Positions 43,301 to 54,909 of a DNA stretch of 64,000 nt are shown here, in pieces. This stretch comes from Macrostomum lignano (taxonomy: Eukaryota): positions 186,001 to 250,000 of the forward strand of contig NIVC01001190.1 in assembly GCA_002269645.1 (NCBI GenBank). The letters run 5' to 3'. The position numbers and the translations under genes are program-made. Position 1 is the stretch's first letter. Every line of letters starts with the position of its first letter. The notes beneath the pieces are model-generated. The model was not told the origin of the DNA, ran no database searches, and saw nothing but the letters and a program-made list of their open reading frames with translations.

Positions 43301-44252
43301 ACACTACTTTCAGTAGTTTTAACCAGGGAAAATAATTAGGGCTGGGGTAGATCGCGAATTTTGGGTTTCTTTATATGTATCGATTAGTGGGGCACCTGTG
43401 TTAGTTTCAGTTTTGAAGACAATTAAACAGGAACCAACAGGAACAGGAGATAGGAGCAGGGCACGGAATACCGATAAGGTAGTCAATGCCAAGACAGTGC
43501 ACTACAAGGTAGTCTATGCTAACTAACACCGCTAAAACTGCTTAACTAACTAACTAATATTTGGAATAAGAAGAATTGTTATTTTCGGTTTCCTGTGTTG
43601 TTCCTTTGATCGCTAACTACTAGGATTAGGGAAATCAGGAAGCCTGGTGGAGCAACCTACGCATAGCAAACAAACCAGTAGCCTAAACCGCGAGAAATAC
43701 ACTTGTCCATAAGAGTAAATAAACGTGTCTTATAAAGAGCCCAGTTGAATGATCTGGCTCTCTACGTTTTTCTACGCACTCGACTCAATTAGACACGCGA
43801 CAATATGCTTTTACACTACTGTCAGTAGTTTTAACCAGGGAAAATAATTAGGGTTGGGGTAGATCGCGAATTTTGGGTTTCTTTATATGTATCGATCAGA
43901 GGGGCGCCTCACTGCTGAGTACACAGAAACGCACCAATACTGTACACGGGCACGCATTTGCACATGATCGCACTTTCTAATTGTCAGACGTGTGAACTCT
44001 CTGATTTCTCACCTGATAACTACCAGCTCGAGCATCGAACCTCTGCCCAGAAGCTGTAGCTGAAGCCGTAGCCGATGCAGTTGAAGGGGCAGCAGTTGCA
44101 GCCTTGATACTGTTGAGTTTCTGCTCAGGCTGAGCAATGGCAGGCTTGCTACTGACAGGCGGCTTGGCAACTGGAGCAGCGGCAGGTGCGGCCGGTTTGA
44201 CTTTGCCACGCAGGCTGGCCAGTGCGGCAAGCCGGATGCTCTCGAGATCGTC
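40393..44252 (-). CDS. Low-complexity Gln/His/Ser/Arg-rich protein, at least 731 aa; exons 44252-44013 and 42348-40393; start exon not identified
   Basis: Phase-0 GT-AG junction (CAG|GTGAGA ... CCCCAG|CAC) joins the two ORFs. 1956-nt open exon with acidic, polyQ/H, RS-like and K/R-rich tracts. The upstream exon begins at an acceptor (CACAG|GAC). Confidence 0.75.
42620..42984 (-). mobile_element. Full-length tRNA-derived SINE, about 365 bp
   Basis: A/B boxes at the head, internal poly-C tract, A-rich tail; homologous to 2457-2538 and to 51381-51568 + 52954-53115. Confidence 0.8.
43281..43909. repeat. About 117-bp direct repeats (43281-43397, 43793-43909) flanking a non-coding core
   Basis: Two copies 512 bp apart with a few substitutions; no TG...CA ends or TSD recognised. 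Confidence 0.7.
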
Positions 44253-45099
44253 CTGTGAGTTCAGAGTTGAGCATTGTGGTGTAATGAAGATTTGGTTCAT
44301 TTTTTGAATACCACTACATCTCCATCTAGGTATAAATTTAAATAAGAATATACGATTCTGATACATCACGAATGACATTGTATCAGATTTGTATTAATTA
44401 CCAGAATTACAATCCATATTACATAAATTTCTCTGTAATTATTGCAATCAGGATTTGCATTTTAAAATGCAACAAAGTCTAAACTTTGTTGACTTGTTTT
44501 AACTAGTGAAAAACTTATAGAAGTCCCTGTTTTCACATTGTTATTGTTGTGAAAACTTGTAAAAACTGATAAATTGACATTGTATTTGGCTGCAAGTTAG
44601 TTGCTAGTATTAGTTGCATCAAAATATTTTTACTTGTATTTAGACATGGTTCCACAACTCACTATAGACTCCAGGCAGTGACCCTATGTCTAACTACAAG
44701 TTGAATTTTTTACATTTTATTTTATAGCAAATGGATTTAGAAATTTTTCACAACAAACCAGTTACCAGATTTTCACACTAAGCCATTGTGCAATGACTTC
44801 TTTCTATTATGGTGTTTTGAAACTGTGCTCAACTCTTGAGTATTCTCTTACAATGCTGCTGCACTGCAATCTATTCTAACAAAGGGCAAAAGGTGAAAAT
44901 AGAGAAGAAACAAAAGAGAAAAGGCCATCTTTAGCCTAAGGTTTTATGGTCAAGCTTGTAGGTGCATCAAAACTACTTGATATTGCACTAGAAGACTTAG
45001 AAATTCTAGATACTGACACTGTTATATGAATTAACCTTGATAGCATAAAGATTCTATCTAAATAGATAACTCAGATAAAAGCTCAGATGCTAATACTAG

Positions 45100-48000
45100 T
45101 AGAGGTCGGACGAGCAAAAATTTTTGGGTCGGGCGTGAGTAGTCGTGAATAATTTCAGCTTTGCCGTGATCGTGATCGTGATCGTGATTGGTTCGTGAAA
45201 AATTAAAAGTAAAAAATTTCCGTTCAAATTTTGTTTTTTTTTCTTCAAATTTGAATTTTTCTATCAGTTAATGTGTTTGATTCTATTTTTAAGTGCTTCT
45301 ATACCATCAGCTTATACCATCTGCATCTGCCCATCTGGCTTTCTTCTCTGGTTGAGAAGGAACTCAGAGTCTGGCTGAGAAGTAAGAAGTTCTTACTTCT
45401 TAGACATTTGTGTTGCTTTTTGGCTTTCTCAAAGCTCAAACTAAGCTGAAAGCTGTAACTATTTAGTATTTTTATTTTTAAATTTTTAATTTAAAAGTAG
45501 TATTTGCTACTATTACTATTTTAGAATTTAGTATTAAATAAATAGTTAAAAAAAAATTTCATTTCATTTTGATCATGAATTTGCATATTTGAGTTTTTCT
45601 TTCTTCTTATTATTTTTATGCTATAATAATGTATAAATAGATTAGATACTATACAGATAGATAGTAGATACTAGAGCATAATTTTATAATCTGATTGTCT
45701 AATAGTTATTTAGTAATTATAATTTATAACTAATAATTTTTAATATATAAGCATAGTATTTTTTTACTAAAATAAATTGCTGTAAATTAAAAATTAAGGT
45801 TGACTAAGTCTAAGTACTAAGTAGCAAATATACTTGATGGATATGCTAAATTAAATTGTTATTTGCTATTGTTATTGTCATTTGTTAATAGTAATAATAA
45901 TAGTCAAACACAAATATTAAATACTTTTTCTTCTTGAATTGAATTGAATAATGAATAATATTCAATATTCAATATAGTATTAACTATTATGTACTAGTAC
46001 TATCATGTGGTACACTGGTATATTGAATATGTATGCCTGATTGCCTGATGCATAGTAGTATATTTCTAATCTATATGGTTAGTCTAAAAATATTTTTTTC
46101 TAGCCTATTTGACTTTAAAGTCTGTAGTGACTTTACATTTACACTATACTGCTATACTATGCAATATTTTATTTAAAATATAAATAAATATTTTAATTTA
46201 AAATAATATAATACTTGTTTTTTCTTTGCTTTTCTACCTAGCAAATTAAAATAGGCAATTACACAATATTACATTACAATTTACAATTTACAAATCAAAC
46301 AATTTCAGCCATTCATTTGCAATGGCCTCTGTTGATAAGCCAACCCAGCAACCTCGAGGAAGAGGCAGTGCTGTGTGGTTGTACTTTAAAGACGTTGAAG
46401 GAAAAGAGAATTCTGCTGCTTGCCTAGCTTGTAAGAAGGAGGTTCTACGAAACACAGGATCAACAGGCAGCATGCGAAGACACATAGAATCCTGCCATCC
46501 AATTCAATTCAAAGAGCTCCTAAACACTGAGGCAGATCGTGCAAAGCCAAAATGTAAAGATGGACCACAACCATTGAAGCAGCAGAAGTTGAGCACAATG
46601 TTTGCTCAAGCAAATGCTCAAGAATGGTCGGATTCGCACCCTCGTTCGGTTGCAATTGATCGAAAAATTCTCCGCTTTATTGTGTTGGATTCACAGCCAT
46701 TCTCTGTGGTAGAAGGTGAAGGCTTTCGCGATCTGTTGAAAGAAGCATGTCCGCAATATCGATTGAAGAGCACTCGATTTTATCATGACAAGCTAGAGAC
46801 TCTCTATGAAGAAATTAAATTGCAGGTCCAGGACGAAATAGACAGACTGCGAGATTTCGGTTTCACGTGTGACTTGTGGAGTGACGGCCAGTTGGCACTC
46901 ATGTCCTTCACAATCCATTCTATCACGCCAGATTTTGAGCGTAAGCAGCTTTTACTGTGCGTAAAGCCATTCACTGATGCCCATACTGGGCTTAACATCT
47001 CGGCCGTTTTTTCGACAACCCTTGGTGAGTGGGGCATTGGCTTAGAGCAAGTCAGCCTCCTCCTGCGTGATGGGGCCAGCAACATGAAGCTTGCAGGAGA
47101 ACTTCTGAAAGTACCATCTGCCCATTGTGCTGCCCACAAGCTGAACCTTGTTGTTAAGGATTCCATCTCCGGTCATCGAGGACTGAAGACAATACTTGAC
47201 AAAGCACGGAGCATTGTTGGCCACTTCCACCACTCTGTAACCGCTCAAGCAAACCTCAAAACACTGCAGCTCCAGCTGAAGCTACCAACACACAGCCTCG
47301 TGCAAGATGTAGACACACGCTGGAATTCAACACTAGCCATGTTACGCCGAATCAACGAGCAAGAGGAAGCGTTTAGTGTCTATCGCACCAGACACCGACC
47401 AATTGAAATCCTGACGGACAATGAGTCAGATGTTTCAAAGAAAGCTGTCAAACTTCTTGAGATTTTTGAGGTTTTTACGCTAGAAGTCAGCAGGGAAACT
47501 GCCAGCATCTCGTGTATCTTGCCGATGGTGAAAGTGTCGCTGGAGCATCTGCAGCAGGTAGACTGCTTTGGCATCACGTACCTTCGAGACGACCTGGTGA
47601 AAGGGTTGACTCAACGCTTCTCTGACGAAAAAAAGAGTCACCACCACATTGTTGCTACGATGTTAGACCCACGCTTCCGGCTAGATTTTTTCGATGAAGA
47701 GCAGCGCAACTTTGCTAAGGCTGAGCTCGTAAAAGCAATGAATGAAATTTTGCGTGAAACTTCTCTTCCTACTGTTGATGGCGATACAGCCATAGACGAG
47801 GACCTCTCCGATGTATCTATCGAAACTGAGCCGTGAGTATTTCCTCTATTTCATAATTCAATGTACATGTACATGTAACAAAAAAATTAAATTATAAATT
47901 ACATTTGCTACATCTGTAAGTTATAAATTTTATAACTAATATATCAAAGTTCTCTTTGTTTTAACTTTTAACTTTTAATTTCACCTTTTTAGACAAACTG

Positions 48001-49312
48001 AGTCTCAGCCTCAGCAGCTATCTATGTCAGCCCTGTTCGAGAAGTCTTCTACTTCTAGTGCTGCAGCTGCAACTCTGCGTGACCTGTCTAGGGCCGGAAC
48101 GCTACTGCCAGTTTCAAACAGAGGCAATGCTATGGACAAGTTGGCTCGTGAAATGGCAGCCTACCTATCAGAGCCTCGACTTCCATTTGAGGAAGACCCA
48201 ATGAAGTTCTGGAGAGACAAGACTCCATCAACTGCAATGTCAGCACTTGTTCGGAAATTTCTGGGACCACCACCTACCAGTGTTCCAAGTGAGCGTATCT
48301 TCAGCAACGTTGGAAACATCTACGAGCCGAAACGACGTCGCCTGCTTGGCGAAACCGTTGAAAAGCTTGTTTTTATTAACTATAATGTTCGGAAGTTTGA
48401 CCCATAGAGAAATGAGCAGGGTCCATTCAATTCATTGCTGTTATTGCTGATTAGTGATTAGTTTTACTTTTTTGAAGATTGAGATCAGAGAGACAAGATA
48501 ATGATAGAGAAAATAAATAATCAAAGACTATAGAACAAGTAGAGTTGGAGCTACAAGAAAAAGTTTATCGATAAGGAATAGATAACTGTTGCTATAGTGT
48601 GTAGCTGTGTACTCTGTAGTCTGTAGACTCTGTAGTATGATTTTTTGCATGTAGCTAGTATAGTATAGATTAGACTTAAATTAGTCATTGTAATAACACT
48701 ATATGTGTAGAACATAAAAGTAAAGTAGTAAACCTACATGTACTCTTTTATACTTCATATTCATACACTGATAAGCTTTTCTGTTTTTCACTTTTCACTG
48801 TTTTCAGTTCTGTAGGCAGCTAAGCAAGTTAACAAACACTTGTCTGTACATGTCATGTACTATCATGTAGTGAAATTTATATACAGTCATACATATATAC
48901 AATTTATATTTTCATTCAGTGCTTTTCAGTTTTAATTTTACATTTTACAAAATAAACAAAAGATTGAAAAGAATAAGGCAGTAAGCTTTGAACTTCGAAA
49001 ATCCACTTTAACTTCGAACTTTCTGAACTAAGTAAAGTAAACTGAAAACTCTATTCTGTAAGTTTTGTGTTAAAACACATTCGTTGTATTTGAAAAGAAA
49101 AACAAAAACCAAGTAAGTCTACATTTAGGACTGTACACGATTGTGGTTTGGGGAACTGAAAAGTATAAACATAGTAACATCTGAAGCTGAAAGAAACCCA
49201 CAATCACGATCACGCACGTGAAAAATGTTTCACGACTCGTGAATTCACGACACTGAAAAAGGTCGTGAATTCACGATATCGTGATCACGATCGTGATCAC
49301 GTCCTACCCCTA
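45100..49312 (+). mobile_element. Autonomous-looking hAT DNA transposon, 4213 bp
   Basis: TIRs TAGAGGTCGGACG / CGTCCTACCCCTA (two mismatches); perfect 8-bp TSD AATACTAG (45092-45099, 49313-49320); subterminal CGTGAT/ATCACG repeats at both ends. Confidence 0.95.
46322..48407 (+). CDS. hAT transposase (BED finger, DDE, C-terminal dimerisation domain), 641 aa; exons 46322-47832, 47993-48407
   Basis: BED zinc finger (WLYF..CLAC..MRRHIESCH), TCDLWS, RDGASNM, CAAH, TRWNST, SERIFS. The GT-AG intron joins the ORFs in frame (1926 nt in total). Confidence 0.93.
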
Positions 49313-51235
49313 AATACTAGTTCTAACATTGGTCCACTATTCACTAAAAGACATGGTCCAAAATTTCATCATCTAGTGCCATTGCTTAAGGCTGCCAAGC
49401 TAAATGCTCTTTGAGATAGTCAACCAAATAAGACTTAAACTCACATAGCATTGCAGAAAATACCTAACAGGTCTACAATATTCAGTCAGCTGACTTCAAT
49501 ACAAGCATGCCTGATGTCATGAAGCAATTGCTTAGAGAACAAAAGCAAACAAATTGGCTACTAGTAGCAGCTTTTGAAAAAAACAAGAAGTGACAAACTC
49601 GATTCAAATTGAGAATATAGCTGAGTTTACCTACCACATTGGACAAATAGTTGACTTCAAATCAATTAATTATAGTGATCCCAACAACTGACATTCGCTC
49701 TAACATTTGTCACCATTGTTTATGGTAAACAAGCCCTCAAGGGTTGCTTGCTATCAAGCATAGGAATAACCAAGCAAAAGTTGTTTTCACTAGTTGAGTA
49801 CAAAGATATATTGGAAGTAATAAAATGCTTTCTAAAATGCTTTTGGTATACAGTAGAATATCATGAGAATTAGGAACTTATACATGCAAACTTTTACAAC
49901 TTAACTAGTCTATATATACTTTTTAAACTTTTTAAATAATGTTAGCAGTCTAATTTTTATTGTTTCTTGTAGACTTAACTTGCTCACAAAGAATGTCATT
50001 ACATCTCTTTGACATTTGCTTGCTTTATCTTGTTTATTTAAATTAAAGTGTATTTTTACAATTGTATATGTTAATATTTTCTTACTGACCTTTACTTGCA
50101 GATATGACCTGCTTTCAAAGTATCTCTTTGACCTCTTTTTGCAAAATGCAAACTACTCTTAGAGTAGACAAAATTGTTATTTTTCTCTGACTATTTTCTT
50201 TTTTTTAACTATTTGCCAAGTATTATATGATCCTGTACTTTGTCTTTGTTGCTATTTTATACTTTTTATTATTGCTTTGTATGTGTGTAAATTGTTATTC
50301 CATATTTATGTTCAGATATATAATAATAAAAAAATCAGGTTATTTTGAACTGATAATGGTATTTGATAGCAATCCAACTTATCAAGTTAATAAGAAGTTT
50401 AACTATATTGATTTTTTATCTAGTGAGATTTATGTTGAATCTATTAGAATTTACAGTTTTTAAAAAGAAAACTTTAACTACACTTTGGAATTGGACTTTA
50501 GCTAGTGAAATTGAATTAGAAAAATTATGTTTATTACAATTGGAAGTACTAAAAAAGAATAACATTTGGAATTTTTTAATTGCCAAAATTACAATTTTAA
50601 TCAAATATTTTTAATTTATGCTATATTTTTTGTCCCATAGAAAGAGAAGAAAGAGATAAGAGAAAAAAATTATATAGATAAGTGAGCTAAAAGAAGACAT
50701 TAACTTTTAGTATGCTGAATTACTATTATAATGTTTAAAAGGATCTGAGAAACAGATTTTTGAGTTTTTAGCTCTTTAGGCTACATTTGGCCTGCAAGCT
50801 AGATTTTGCCAATCCTTAGTTTGCTTTACCATTAAAAGATGAAAATTATTAGCAAAAAGTACATAACTCACTCAATGCTAATGTGGTAGCTAATAAGGTT
50901 AAATGTTTGAGATATAGTTTATGGGCAAAAGTTGACAGAGACAAAGTAGTATAGTTTGTAGCTAAGGCTATTAATAGAGGGGCCATGGTTACCTAAATAC
51001 TGAAACTAAGTTAAACTTGTTTGACAATTATTTGTAATATATATTCATGTGCTCTGTGCTCCATTTTGAGGCCTTGGACAATGGGCTCAGAGGCCAGAGT
51101 GAAGCTGTTTCAGGCAGATTGTCTTTCTATATAACACTGAGACCTAGACTAGACTTCTGCCCATGACATGCCCTTTGGACTGTACAGTTAACATTTGTTC
51201 ACTTATATAAAGTTGTTGTGAGTGTTAAAAATACA

Positions 51236-51280
51236 CTAGACCCTGAAGATGGCCATTGTTGGTCCGAAACGCGTCGGTAG
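51236..51280 (+). ncRNA. Minimal type-I hammerhead ribozyme motif (Penelope-like element tail)
   Basis: ACC-CTGAAGA-T-GGCCA(TTGT)TGGTC-C-GAAA-CGCGT-C-GGT: core CUGAnGA and GAAA, palindromic stem III ACGCGT, GUC cleavage triplet, 3-bp stem I ACC/GGT. Confidence 0.65.
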
Positions 51281-51380
51281 AAAGAATTAATTGTAATCTA
51301 TATTGATTTTAACTTTTGTATTCCTACTATTTACTTAGTTATATATGCATATAAAGTAATTTTACTCTTTACTTTTTTAA

Positions 51381-53115
51381 GGGAGGCCATAGCCCAGCGA
51401 TCTAGCATAGGCTCTAGTGTGCCAGTGACCTAGGCTCAATTCCAAGTGCAATCATAAATTTGGGGCTAAATTAGAATCTCGGCTTGGCTCTGCTTGTGCA
51501 ATTAACAGCCTTGAGAGCCAACCCCCCCCATGTGCAGTGAAATGTACATGCCTAATTATAAAATAAAGGGTCACTAATCACTTTGGCGACAGGTCACTTT
51601 GGCGACAGTCACTTCAGCAACACATTTGGCTTACTTTGGTGATAGACATATATTGCATAAGCAGTAACCCTGGTAGTGCCTAAAATAAAAAAGAAAGCAG
51701 TTAAAAACAAATGCAAGAATAACAAATTTATAGCACCAAGTTTTTTACGCATTGTAATAGAAAGCATTGCAATTATTTTGTTCTAAAAAAATACTGGTAT
51801 ACTGAATACATTACACACTTATACATATACAGTGTTTAGATGTTCTTGTTCAAACAAAATCGTCTTTCATTTCTCCATCTCTCTTCTCTCTTAATCTCTA
51901 CCTGTTCCCCTTCTCTCTCTCTCTTTTTCTTTCTCTCCAATGCATTAGTTGTACAGGTTAACTCGCATAGCTGGGTATTAGTAGAATGGGAAAAGGCTGT
52001 CCTTCTCTGAATACATTAAATACATGTATGAGCTGCCTACATGTACATATAACTTTAATTGCGCTGCAGGAAACATTTTCTAATTTTTTTTCAGAGCACG
52101 TGGATACAGAGCACGATGTATTTGCCACGAGAGATCAGTCTACAAAAAAGCCACTCGAACTAACAATGACATTGAGAGCTTTCACAACCGTTTGAACAGT
52201 TGGGCTCAATGCAGTCAGCTCCAGTTCTACCTCCTGGTCAAGCTGCTACACAACGAGGGCCGCATGGTCTCTATTGACTCGCGGTTGGTGTCACAAGGTG
52301 CTCTGAGGCGGTTGCAGCGAAAGAAGTACCGCCAGCGACAGTCCAAATACTTCAAACTTTGGTTGGAATATCAAAGTTGGAGACCAATCGATTCAGTCAC
52401 TTTTGGAGGCTTGCAGCAAGCTGAATAGACTGTAAGCTGTCTAAGGTGCATCTGCATATGCTTAACTTCTGTAATACTAAGACTTCTTTGTGTGCTACAT
52501 GTAACATCTTTGCTTTTAATGCATGTTTATTATTCTCTTTCTTTTTTTTATTTCTGCAACAGAGTGACAAAGTGTATGTGCTTGTACATATACTTGTGTA
52601 TGTCAAATAGATTTATCACAATACTTATATTACTATATAATGCAAATCAATTCATTTTGTACTTTATTGTAATGGGCAAATATCAATCAAGGAAAACGTG
52701 ATATCAATCTGTTAATTTAATTATTGTTCATAACAAAATACTAAAAATTTGCATTGCTTTTTTAATAAATCTAGATAAATCATACTTTTTAATCGTCAAG
52801 TTTCATTGGCAAAAAATACGTGTTATTATAAATGTGCTCTAAACAAAGAACATATAGTATTTAGCTAATTGTCGCTGAAGTGATCCAAATATGTCGCCGA
52901 AGTGACTGTTACCGAAGTGACTTGTTGCCGAAGTGATTGTAATTCAAATAAAGCTGTACACTCCTATGTGAGTGTGGGCCTGTGTATGTATCTGCACACT
53001 TATATGCCTACTCAAGGGAGTCGATGGAATGGGCAGTAATGCATCTCGCCAGTTGTGTGCCTATGTCGCTTAAAGTGCACCAGGGTGCGCACAATCCACT
53101 AGCCTCTAATAATAA
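51381..53115 (+). mobile_element. Diverged tRNA-SINE copy split by a DNA transposon (SINE parts 51381-51568 and 52954-53115)
   Basis: The two parts are colinear with the intact SINE at 42620-42984. Confidence 0.8.
51569..52945 (+). mobile_element. Internally deleted Mutator-like (MULE) element with transposase remnant (about 52095-52428)
   Basis: 8-bp TSD AAATAAAG (51561-51568, 52946-52953); G...C ends; inverted subterminal TCACTTTGGCGACA / TGTCGCCGAAGTGA repeats; peptide RTNNDIESFHNRLN...QLQFYLLVKLLHNE matches the MULE transposase C-terminal motif. Confidence 0.8.
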
Positions 53116-54909
53116 AAATTACTCTTTTAATCTTTTGTATAAAAATCTTTGCATGGCCTTTTGAAGTACCTCTATATAATGTTACTATGTCAGTAGGTTT
53201 TGGTAATTCTATTTCAATAGGATTTTAGAAAAGTACAATAGGCTATGAAATAGTAAGATTGCCATTGGTATTTTGGCATTAAGCCCTATAACGCTATAAT
53301 ATAACATTATTTAAGATCTTTATTAATAAAAATATTAAAAAACATATATAAATATATATTTGTCCATTGTAATTATTATTAGATTACTTACTAGCTCATC
53401 GTCACAATGATTTTGTCCTTGATTGCCTGCATTATTAGATTCCATATCAAGCCCAACCAACTGAAGATTGGCAGGCAGTTTTGGCAGATAGTTTAGCCTA
53501 GTCAATTAGCAGAGATTAAGTGTAAAGCTTTTAATTTTTTTGAATGCATGAAAACTATATAGCCAACCTAAATCTATGATTTCAATGGCTTCCAAATATA
53601 CTGGTACAACTATTTTTATTCAAGCACAAATATATAGCACTTTATAGTAGGCCTGTCAAGTCTATGGCTATAATGGGGCTATTCCTTTCGCATCTATGGT
53701 TTAGTTTATTTAAAGTAATGTAGAGAATTTTAATAAAATACAAAACGTTATTCTTTTTTATAAACTTATGCAGTAAGTGTGAGAATGAACCAGTAAATAC
53801 GATGGATAAGGATAATACTTTAGCAGGCTCTTTAAATTCGTATATTTAGAGATAGGGGCCCGGCGCAAAAATGTATCAAACAATAATATTTGAATTTTGG
53901 TCAAAGTAAAACAAGTACCAGCTAAAACAATAGAAAAAGCAGCATTAGAACAGATGCAGTAAAATTTGGTAAAAAAAGTACTTTTTAAACCAAAAACGGC
54001 AATCAAAAAAAACTATCAAGAACCTAGCACAACGCTATAAACGCTATAAACGCGCGCTATCAAAATGATGCCTAGGTGTTTTTTGAAAGAACCTAAATAG
54101 AACGTCGACAGGACATTTCATAGCCCTTTTGTCAAATAGTCATTGTGTCATTTTGTTCAACGGCAGAAAGTAGATGCGTGCGTGGTGATTTAAAAGTTAA
54201 ACTGGAGTACTCTGCTTTCTACTTGACTTAACATTCTGACTGGAAAACCTCTTGCGGGAAAAGCTCGCGCGGGCAAACAACCTTGGTGGGAAAATTCTTC
54301 CTCAATTCTCAAAACGCACATTTGAGAATAAACGTACAATTTTCAAAACGTACAAAATGTACAATTTTTACGTACATGAATATAGTACAGTTAACTAGTA
54401 CATGTAGGTGTACGTGCACGATAATCTGCGGATTCGTTTTCTCTGTCTGCTGAATTTAAATGTCCTACCTCGTCCATGCACGCTTGTACATATAAAATAT
54501 CATAAACCAGCCGTCCAAAACCGCTGGTTTTGCTATAATTTAAAAATGCCATTAAAGCTGGGTTCGCAGCGCGATCCCGTTATGGAGAGTCCAGCATGAG
54601 GATGCTGGGCGGTCGGGAACTGGGGCCGGAGATGATTTTGGGCCTCGTGGTCCCCGGCAGATCCAGATTTGCATGGGGCAGCCAATTTAAGCCAGGGGTA
54701 ACTGGCGTCAGGCTGCGCCCAATGCAAGGACTGTAACTTATGATAATTAACACATTCCTGCTGCATGCACGCCTACCGGTGTAGACAATCGTGTTGAATC
54801 GACCTTTCGCCGCTATTCACTGGGGGCGCTTTCGGTTGCCTGCTTTATCAGTTTTGGCTCCTGTATCAGATTATGGCTTTCTAAAGGGGATGTCAACTTA
54901 AGCACCAGA

